Shown in pieces: positions 1 through 8,494 of a DNA stretch of 64,000 nt. This DNA comes from Batkoa obscura (lineage: Eukaryota). A program made the position numbers and the translations under genes. A model generated the notes under the pieces. The model had not been told where the DNA came from, did not search any database, and saw nothing but the letters and a program-made list of their open reading frames with translations. The stretch is taken from the NCBI GenBank assembly GCA_030770535.1, contig JASVEC010000014.1, positions 992,001 through 1,056,000 on the forward strand, given 5' to 3'. Position 1 is the first letter of the stretch; the number at the start of each line of letters is the position of its first letter.

Positions 1-598
1 TGAGATCTCCTACTTCTCTTACTAACTCTCTGTGGGCTTCATAGGTAACGGTGTTATTGAGTCTTTGATTGAGCTCATTTAACTTACTAACATGGAGTTC
101 ATTTGAAGGGGCGATGACACCACTCTTTTGGTTACTGATCATGGAAAGGTTGTTAACCGTAGCTAAAAGTGAGCTTAAAGAGGTAGACAATTCATTGTTA
201 TGAATTGAAAGACGGTCGAGTTCACCAACCATCTGGATGAGTTTGTTGTGCAGGAACTCTACTAGATATTGTTGAACGTGGGAAAGGGTAGGTACCGTTT
301 GGTACTGGGCACGAAAATTGATTTGAGTACTGGAGCCACTATTTTGGTATTGTCTCCAAGCGGAGAGGTCACCATCAAGGACGTGCATAGGGACAGCTCC
401 GTAGGTAACGACTGAGTTTACAACGTGAGGAGGTAGTGCAGCTTGATTTAAAGCAGCAGTTTCTATTTCTGGGGTCAGAACACTAGCTTCCTCTTCATCA
501 CTACTACCCATGTCGTATTCAGTGATGATCAACTGTTGACGGTTATCAAGAAGGTATTTTGAGTCCGCAAAATAAGGTACAAGACCATTGTCGACCAT
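1..598 (-). CDS. Probable gag-like ORF of an LTR retrotransposon (5' part; runs off window start)
   Basis: Intronless frame from ATG 598 open to the window edge (MVDNGLVPYFADSKYLLDNRQQLIITEYDMGSSDEEE...), more GC-rich than host DNA, ~110 nt downstream of a PBS and LTR. Gag identity is inferred from position only. Confidence 0.7.
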   Translation of the reverse strand, partial: MVDNGLVPYFADSKYLLDNRQQLIITEYDMGSSDEEEASVLTPEIETAALNQAALPPHVVNSVVTYGAVPMHVLDGDLSAWRQYQNSGSSTQINFRAQYQTVPTLSHVQQYLVEFLHNKLIQMVGELDRLSIHNNELSTSLSSLLATVNNLSMISNQKSGVIAPSNELHVSKLNELNQRLNNTVTYEAHRELVREVGDL

Positions 599-707
599 AG
601 TTGAGAATTAAGGAGGTTAAGGGGGTTTTTCTTTGTTTGGGGTGGTTACGCGGTAAGGACCGTAAAGGAAAGATTATAAAGGCTATCTAAAATAGTTATA
701 AGAGCTT

Positions 708-725
708 TCCCAGTTATGAGCGCCA
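708..725 (-). promoter_or_regulatory. Primer-binding site (TGGCGCTCATAACTGGGA)
   Basis: Starts with TGG 2 nt inside the LTR end. Its complement reads like a tRNA 3' end (T-stem CCAGT, acceptor TATGAGC, G, CCA). Confidence 0.75.
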
Positions 726-727
726 AA

Positions 728-1127
728 TGTGAAATCTGGTACTCAGGGTTTGGAGTCAAGAACAGCTATTGCTGGGTTGACTACACTATAAGTCAAAAGG
801 TCTTAGTTTATGTGACTAAGATAGACTTGGGTTATGAGGAATAGCACGTAATAGGTTACAAGCTATATAAGACAAATAGAATAGACAATACTAATGTAAA
901 ATCTATGTAAAATACTATTAAGAAAACTTAGTGGCTTTATTAAATGTTCGAGATATCAGGGATTAATTCAGTTAAAAAGCCTCGAACTATTATATTCTGT
1001 AAACTCTTTTATACTCTGAAAAGTATAAGTATCAAAATGAGAAGATAATATTCTTTTGGGTGGAACTAGAAATTCTCATAACAAATCAAAATAATTAACC
1101 ATGGGACTGACAAAGCGATATTTCACA
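728..1127 (-). mobile_element. 5' LTR (~400 bp) of an LTR retrotransposon
   Basis: TG...CA ends with 8-bp inverted termini TGTGAAAT (728) / ATTTCACA (1120-1127). PBS adjacent, and unrelated transposon sequence resumes exactly at 1128. Confidence 0.8.
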
Positions 1128-1419
1128 GATATTACTTAAATCATTAATAGCTAAGTTAATAAATAGCCAAAGGACAAGTAATTGCAATAATAAATAAAAA
1201 CTACTGTTGTATTGCTTGTATTATATAAGGATAGCTAATTATAGTTTTAAGGCTAACCACTCCCTCCCATGCAGCTATTTATTAACTTAATGACATATCA
1301 TTAACATAATTATAATATCAGAACTATTTATTTGATAATAAATTTACAATGTTGGTTATAGAGCAATCAATAATAAGTATTTCCCAATGAGGTTTTATAG
1401 GAATATGTATTTATTATAT

Positions 1420-1517
1420 GGGGATGTATTTTTGTATTTAAGAATTTTACTAATAATTTTTCCACTCAAATAGTGCTCAAAAGATAGAAAAAGTGATGAA
1501 GCCAAAAAAACATCACC
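1420..1517 (+). mobile_element. ~100-bp MITE copy
   Basis: GGGGATGT...ACATCACC termini, ATAT on both sides. Confidence 0.9.
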
Positions 1518-1861
1518 ATATACTATAACTTTGGTTAATATTAATATATATGGGGCTGTCCTAATTGGTTTCAGAATCTACTTAGAAATTAATCCAAATT
1601 TAAAATTCCAAGTTTGTGTTCAATATAACGGTTAAATCTAAAAAGCCTAAAATTAAATGTCTCTATTTAAAACTTATTTTAATTGTTTCCTTTTCTTAAA
1701 TAGCTAATTTTCCTAACTATATATTTTATGTTAGTTCTGTTAGATATTTAACAGATATATAATATATAACTATATGATTATATAATTATATAAATACATA
1801 ATTATATAAACACAGTTATTTGACTTTATTTGACTTTATTTTTTGTTGAAATAAAAATAAA

Positions 1862-3565
1862 ATGCAAACTTTCATAACTAAACTTCGAAATGGAATTTTT
1901 GAAAACTTCAATACAATAGGGAGGAGTACACAATATAAACATTGTAATTCATTTACATCAATTTTAAGAGCTACTTATAACAACCCAAGGTTCATGGAAT
2001 TTTATAATAAAACAAAACAAAGAAAAGATATATTATCAAAGTTTACTATCGATAATAATAAACTTAATCAAGTAATGTATAAAATTAGTGCTTTAAGGGA
2101 AACAGGAAACAAAAGTCAGCAAGTAGCGTTATTATCAACTATAGCTTCAGTATATTCTTTTGATGAATGTAAGAGTTTTGGGTTTAATATAAATAGAAAT
2201 CAATATGATTATTCAAAAACAAGTAATAATAATAAAATATCAACATTAAAACCTATTATTAAAAATACAAAAAAAATTAAAGATGACCAAATTGAAACTA
2301 TCATACAATATTTACTAAATGATTCAACTATTTCATCAAGATTTAATAAAAAAAATAACGATAGTAAATATTCATCAGATAATATATATATATTAAATAA
2401 AAGTAGAAGAATGATATATAGTAAATATTTGAATGATCTAAGAGATAAAGCAGTAGCCAGGTCAACGTTCTTTAAATATATACCAACTAATTTCAAAAAT
2501 CCAGCAAGAAAAACGGATCTATGTAATATATGTACCCAGTATACAGTTAGAAAAAAGTTATTTGAAAATAAAATAAATACAGCAAAAAACAAAGCAGAGA
2601 TAGAAGAAATTTTCAACGAAGAAGAAAAATTATACAAATTACATAAATTCTGTGTTGATACTCAAAAAAACACATTTAATGAAACTATCAAAAAATTAAA
2701 TAACAAAAGTTGTATAATAGTTTTAGATTTTAAACAAAATATGGAAATAGGGACAAGACCAGATTCAATAAATTTAGATCATTATAATAAACAAGCTATA
2801 TCAGTATTAGGCTTTGGTGTATTATATTTAAAAGATGATAAAACAATAGGCAAAGTTTACTTTGATTATTTATCTGAAATATTGAATCATGATTCAGCAT
2901 ATGCAGGAGATTGTTTAATCGATTTAATCTCTACAGAGCTTCTATTTAAAAAGTTTACAAAAATTAATATATGGGCAGATACAGGAAATCATTTTAGATC
3001 CCAAGAGTTCTTACATTATATGTTTAAAGAAATTCATAAAATAAATAGTAGTTTGAATGTTAATCTTAATTTTTTTGCTGAGCATCATGGAAAAAGTATA
3101 GTTGATGGACATTTTGGAAACCTTTCAAAATGGAAAAGTAGTTTTGAAGCGTTAGGTAAAATAGAAGATATCGATCAATTAATTTCAAGATTTGAGGCTT
3201 TTATTTGCGAGCATAATAAAATTAATAACTCGACTGTTAATAATGGGAAAACAGATATAATTTTTAAAAAGTATAAAAGAAACAAAAATACAAAAAGAAT
3301 AATAGAGATGCAGGGCATTAAGAAGTATTTACACTTTATTAAACATAACAATAAACTACATTGTTATCCAGTATCTGATACATCAAAAAAAAGCGATATA
3401 GTCCCAATTAAGGTTATAGAGTCTATAGAAAACAGAAAAATTAAAAGATCGATCCCAGCTTACCTTACGAAGATAACAGAGAATTTAAAAATTTCGATAT
3501 TTACTAAGCAAGTAAGTAGTTTGTTGAATGATAGAAATAGATTGTTAAATGTTAGGATTACTTAA
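1862..3565 (+). CDS. DDD transposase, Sola2-like (567 aa)
   Basis: Intronless. Motifs DLCxxC..H, IVLDFKQN, IWADTGNHFRS and NFFAEHHGKSIVDGHFG match the DFxxN / WxD / HGKxxxDG pattern of Sola2-type transposases. Enclosed by TIRs. Confidence 0.8.
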   Translation: MQTFITKLRNGIFENFNTIGRSTQYKHCNSFTSILRATYNNPRFMEFYNKTKQRKDILSKFTIDNNKLNQVMYKISALRETGNKSQQVALLSTIASVYSFDECKSFGFNINRNQYDYSKTSNNNKISTLKPIIKNTKKIKDDQIETIIQYLLNDSTISSRFNKKNNDSKYSSDNIYILNKSRRMIYSKYLNDLRDKAVARSTFFKYIPTNFKNPARKTDLCNICTQYTVRKKLFENKINTAKNKAEIEEIFNEEEKLYKLHKFCVDTQKNTFNETIKKLNNKSCIIVLDFKQNMEIGTRPDSINLDHYNKQAISVLGFGVLYLKDDKTIGKVYFDYLSEILNHDSAYAGDCLIDLISTELLFKKFTKINIWADTGNHFRSQEFLHYMFKEIHKINSSLNVNLNFFAEHHGKSIVDGHFGNLSKWKSSFEALGKIEDIDQLISRFEAFICEHNKINNSTVNNGKTDIIFKKYKRNKNTKRIIEMQGIKKYLHFIKHNNKLHCYPVSDTSKKSDIVPIKVIESIENRKIKRSIPAYLTKITENLKISIFTKQVSSLLNDRNRLLNVRIT

Positions 3566-3569
3566 GTTA

Positions 3570-3990
3570 TTAATAGCTAAGTTAATAAATAGTCAAAGAA
3601 CAAGTAACTGTAATAATATGTAAAAACTATTATTACTTGTACTATATAGGGATGGTCAATTATAGTTTTGGGGCTGACCACTCCCTCCCATGCAGCTATT
3701 TATTAACTTGGCAATATATTAATAATGTAATTATAACGTTAAAGTAGTTTATTTATTTGATAATAAATCTACGATGTTGGTTATAAAGCAGTTGATAATA
3801 AATATTTCTCAATTAAGCTTTATAAGAACATGTATTTAAGATCTAGTAGAAATTCAACTAACTTACAGTATGAGCTATAATATAATGGTTTAGAACTGTG
3901 TTTGGGTACTTTTGTTTTAATAAAAGATGTGATTTTATAGAATTTTAAGCGAAGTTTTTAAAATACAAATTTTTTTAAAATTGGATAAAA
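3570..3990 (+). ncRNA. Candidate structured RNA in the transposon 3' region
   Basis: Multiple helices (3579-3592/3696-3709, 3600-3607/3633-3640, 3648-3658/3675-3686, 3781-3789/3817-3825, 3865-3878/3885-3899) largely retained in the diverged older copy. Confidence 0.55.
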
Positions 3991-4499
3991 TAATGAAACT
4001 AATTCAGACAACCCCATATGTTATATTAGTAAAAGCCTTGCTAATCTAGTAACTTTTGTTAGATATAGTAGAGATTCAGCTAACTTACAATATGAATTAT
4101 AATAAAATAATTTAAACTTGTGTTGGGTACTTTTGCTTTTTAATAAAAAAGCTTGCTTTTGTAGAATTTTAAGTAAGTTTTTAAAATACAAAATATTTAA
4201 AAATTGGATAAAAAAATGAAACTAATTAAGACATCCCCATTTCTTCTGGTCCAACACTTAGCAGTGATCTGACATTACATAAATTAGAATTATATGATAA
4301 AATAGAAAAATATGACACCCAGTTGAATCTATGATTCGAATAATTGTTTTAAATAAATCAATTTTTTATTATAAGGTATGCTATAGATACTCAAATATGT
4401 AAATAGGAAGCTAATCTAAATAAAATCAAACTGCAGCCATTTGTTTTTAAAATTTGAGTTAGACTATTAACTTATTAAATAAATGTTATTTCACCGTTT

Positions 4500-5025
4500 A
4501 TAACAATCATTCATCGAAGCTCTTGAGATATATTCAAATTTCAAATAAAGATTATGCTATCGAAAAAATGTCATTTTGAAGCAAACTTTTAAATAAATTT
4601 TAGATATTTGGTATTCAAACTTGGGAATAGACAGCTACTTTACCTCCATCAATGAAAGTGGTAATAGTATTAGTATTGATAGCTTGGGAAAATCTAATAG
4701 GAAAGATAATAATAATAATGGCTTTACATCAATAGGAGGCCTTATATAAGGAGAAGGAGTGGTTATGTCGAAAGGGACGGTTATTTTATTTACACTCAAT
4801 AAACGCAGATCGAAAAAGGAAAGGCCACCAAGTCTCATTGCCGACCCCATTACAATAGAGTCAATTATTCTATTAGATATTAATAGTAATTATCGTAATC
4901 CTGATGTATACAATTACACTCAAGAGGTTGACAATTTTAATACTATGCTATCACTGAAAATATTAACTGAAAGTACGACTATCAATGGTGTTAACATTAT
5001 TAATATTAATTCAGCATCAAGTTAA
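4500..5025 (+). pseudogene. Decayed single-pass membrane protein gene (3' part)
   Basis: Frame reads GFTSIGGLI*GEGVVMSKGTVILFTLNKRRSKK...ITIESIILLDINS with an internal stop. A similar LLDINS tail is on the minus strand near 31340. Left boundary approximate. Confidence 0.5.
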
Positions 5026-5372
5026 GATACTTAACAAAATAAAATTACATTTACCATAATTTTTATATAAAAAATTATTTTTAAGTCAATGTAAATGACT
5101 ATTAAAAGTCATTACAAATTAAATATATTTTTAAGCTAAATCAATCATCAAATTTATCATAAAATATTTTATTTGAAAAACCTTCAACTATGTATTCCAA
5201 GTAATTAAAAAGCACAATATTTTAACCTATATAATGGTATTGACGTTAATATTTAGGCTAATACCACATTTATTTATTCAAAGCTTTTATAATAAACATG
5301 GAAAACAGGAAAATTATAACATTTAAAAATGTATACATTAAATAATAAAACGAATACAAATCTTAATAATAT

Positions 5373-5468
5373 CTGGATGTGCTTTTGTTTAAGAATTTTA
5401 TTAACAACCTTTCTGCTCAAATAGCACTTAAAAGGTGGAAAGAGTGATCAAATAAAAAAAACACCCTC
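5373..5468 (+). mobile_element. MITE copy (diverged)
   Basis: Same internal core (CTCAAATAGCACTTAAAA), ATAT flanks. Confidence 0.8.
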
Positions 5469-6552
5469 ATATATATAAAGAAAATACTTTAAAACCTTAA
5501 TTTTTTTAACTTCTTTTTGATAACTTAATGTTTTACTACATTTTCAATAAAGAAAATGTTGAAAATTATATTACTAGATAAATAAAAAACGTTATTTTTC
5601 TAATTTGATGTTATATTTTTATCAAAATAACAATTACTTGTATGTCCATATAATCTAAAATATTCTGTAAAGTTAAACAAAATTGTTCCAAAACCGTAAA
5701 ATAAAACTTAGAATTTTTGCACAAATTCTATGTTCTAAAATAGTTTCCACCATACAATATTTTTGCCCTACCATACTTATTTCTAGAAGCGGAATTTGAA
5801 CAAACTCAAATTTTTTTTGACAATTAGCCAAAGCAAATATAAACAAAGTCCAAAATGTTACATTATAAACTAAAATAATTATATTTAAGACCATAGTAAG
5901 TTCTACTAGAAATATTTAGGCTTTGTTTATTTTCATTTTGGGTTATTATTGTCATTATTTTTACTTTGTTTAAGTTTTTACCTGGAAATAAGAGCGATAA
6001 GAGCTAAATATAATATACTGAGCTTTGACTTTGATATAAGATTACTACTGTTTGATTCGATTACTTTAAAACCAACAGATACCTAAAAGCCAATAGATCA
6101 CTTAAACTCAAAGTTTGCTCTTTAATAAAAGTTGAGAATTTTAATATACATCTTTTTTATTAAATTATAAAATTATAAAATATAGACACAAAATATTGAC
6201 ACAGAATCTCGCCAGACAAAAATAGTTACTATTGTTCATGTTCTTAATGCTTTTGATTTACCAAATATAGATTCGAATTTGATTTTCTCAACTTTTATTT
6301 GAAACGATATGGATTTAATTTTGGAGTGTTAAAAAAAAACGCCAGTGGTTATCAATTGAATGGATTAGATCGAATGAATTAGATTTATGGACTTTTCGAA
6401 AAAAGCAATTGTAAGTGTGTTATGATTTTACTGGCATTAGGTTACCACTTTTAATGCGGAATTAGGTTAAAGCAATGATTAGTCATTACAAATTACGCTG
6501 TTAATAAAAACAAGATACCAAGTTTGTAATTTTTAATTCTAAATAGTCAAGG

Positions 6553-8169
6553 ATGAATGAACTGATATTGACATATAAACCAAGAATTAGACAAGCATGT
6601 GATCAGTGCTTCAAAAGTAAGCGGCGATGTGACTTATTAATACCTGCCTGTAGTTATTGTAAAGAAAAAAAAAAAAATTGTACAAGAGAACGAATAATTA
6701 ATCGTAGACCAAGGATGTATAATAATGAGGAATTTCTTTCGAATGCATTTGTGTTATTTAAATCAAACAGGATTAAAAAGAAAATAAAAGCTGAAGGTGC
6801 CATAGGGATAAATCATAAATATTTTAATCAGTTCAAAATTTCTGCAGGTGGAACTAGGTTTAATTCTAATATTTCTATTGCTTCTGTCTTTCCTATCAAA
6901 ATGTTTCATTCTCCTATTATGTTTAGTCAAGATTCTTACCTGTTTTATAAGGCTGCTCCAAATCAATATCTCAGTTTATTTTTTGATAAGTTACCTTCAG
7001 TCAAATTAGAGTCTACGGTTATAAAAAGCAACTCAAACATTTCTAATATAATGCCACAGCTTGTGGCTCTTTATTTCCAGAGATTTAATACATTATTGCC
7101 ACTATTTACATATAGTCAGTTTATGAATAAGAAAAGGGATAGTGTATTGATTTATTCCATGATGTTAGTTAGCTTAACACAAACTAATGGTAGCGAAAAT
7201 TTATCAGAGTTAAAGGTATACCTAAAAGATTTATTAGTGAGTACTTTTAAGCCCAGTCAATTAAAGATCAATCTAAGTAACATTCAATCAATGGTTATAC
7301 TGTTAAATGGATTAAAAGGATATGGTTCATCACTGCCATCATATTGTTTTTCTAATTTAAATAATCATTGTATATTATTAGGCTTGCATTTAAACTATAG
7401 AGGCAATATTGAACGTAAACTATGCTATTCAGCAGTTATATACTTACTTACAATTGATGATCCTTACTCCAATGTGTTATTTGATACCCACGACCTATGG
7501 AAAGAAAATAAAATGTTCTTAAATATAAATAAGGAAGAATTAAATGAAAAAAAAATGCAACAAATAGTATTAGTATATTCAAATTATTGTTATAAATGTG
7601 GATTGTTCTTTAGATATTTTTTTGATACCTTATTACACATCGATTCACTAATTATAAGTAACGAAAAAATGTCAAAAATTGTCGGCTTATTAGAATCCTT
7701 ATCAAGTTCTATTAATAAGCCTGCAATAAGAAAATTGAATATTATTAAAAAAAGTATTTCTAATAAGGTATCTATTGAAATCATTGATACACTTATCAAT
7801 CATATAAAGATTATTTATTATTCAAATTGGACAGCTTTATATGATATTAAAAGCCTGGCATCACAAAGGAATAAAGAACAATTATTTTGTAAGTATACAG
7901 TAATTAATCAACCAGAAAACCCCAATCTTTTAAAAGTTAATATTGAACATTTCCTGACTTACAACTCTAAGTTAACGCCAAGCTATTTTTCTACCATTCG
8001 ATTCTTTGCATTTATCATAATATTTAATGCCGCTACTTCATACTCTAAATGGATTAAGGGCTCAGCTATTTTACTTGAACAAATAAGTAACCAATTTAAT
8101 GAATTAAGTAAAAATCATGATGAATTATTGTCCTTTATGCAGGTTATAATCGAGATTTCTACACAATAA
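6553..8169 (+). CDS. Zn(II)2Cys6 transcription factor, paralog 1
   Basis: ACDQCFKSKRRCDLLIPACSYCKEKKKNC binuclear cluster plus a YFQRFNTLLPLF middle-homology region. Intronless. Confidence 0.9.
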   Translation: MNELILTYKPRIRQACDQCFKSKRRCDLLIPACSYCKEKKKNCTRERIINRRPRMYNNEEFLSNAFVLFKSNRIKKKIKAEGAIGINHKYFNQFKISAGGTRFNSNISIASVFPIKMFHSPIMFSQDSYLFYKAAPNQYLSLFFDKLPSVKLESTVIKSNSNISNIMPQLVALYFQRFNTLLPLFTYSQFMNKKRDSVLIYSMMLVSLTQTNGSENLSELKVYLKDLLVSTFKPSQLKINLSNIQSMVILLNGLKGYGSSLPSYCFSNLNNHCILLGLHLNYRGNIERKLCYSAVIYLLTIDDPYSNVLFDTHDLWKENKMFLNINKEELNEKKMQQIVLVYSNYCYKCGLFFRYFFDTLLHIDSLIISNEKMSKIVGLLESLSSSINKPAIRKLNIIKKSISNKVSIEIIDTLINHIKIIYYSNWTALYDIKSLASQRNKEQLFCKYTVINQPENPNLLKVNIEHFLTYNSKLTPSYFSTIRFFAFIIIFNAATSYSKWIKGSAILLEQISNQFNELSKNHDELLSFMQVIIEISTQ

Positions 8170-8494
8170 ATTATAATTTTCTTGTGACGTTGGAAACTCT
8201 TGTAAGATTCAGTTAATTTTAAAGAAAGTAATCTAATTTGAACTTAATAATATAAAGTGTATTTTTTATTACAGTAAGACATTTGTACAAAAACAAAATA
8301 TTACTTTTCATACAATTAAGCAATTTTTAGGTTTTAGTAATGTAAATATCCCACTTGATTTTACTGCATCTGTTAACTCATTTATTTCTATGTTATTTTG
8401 ACTAGTAGTGTAATAAAGAAATCAAACTACTATAACAATTTCAACTTTAAATAAATTCTTTATTAAAAAATTCTATAAATTCTATAATCTCCAT

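Larger units (their letters stand above)
1552..4015 (+). mobile_element. Full-length Sola2-like DNA transposon
   Basis: Imperfect ~22-bp TIRs GGGGCTGTCCTAATTGGTTTCA / TGAAACTAATTCAGACAACCCC, 4-bp ATAT duplication (1548-1551, 4016-4019), single transposase ORF. Confidence 0.85.
1128..4238 (+). mobile_element. 3' remnant of an older Sola-like element (1128-1419, 1518-1551, 4016-4238), split by later insertions
   Basis: 1128-1412 aligns with 3554-3838, and 4061-4238 aligns with 3839-4015, ending in a second right TIR (TGAAACTAATTAAGACATCCCC). Confidence 0.8.

Noticed and set aside
1862..3565. 567-aa ORF as a Fanzor/TnpB nuclease
   Set aside because: No RuvC-type motifs or C-terminal zinc finger recognised. 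The motifs are those of a DDD transposase.
1128..3838. Direct repeats 1128-1412 and 3554-3838 as LTRs around the 567-aa ORF
   Set aside because: No TG..CA ends or PBS, the copies are diverged, and the repeat overlaps the ORF end. Nested insertion into an older relative explains them.
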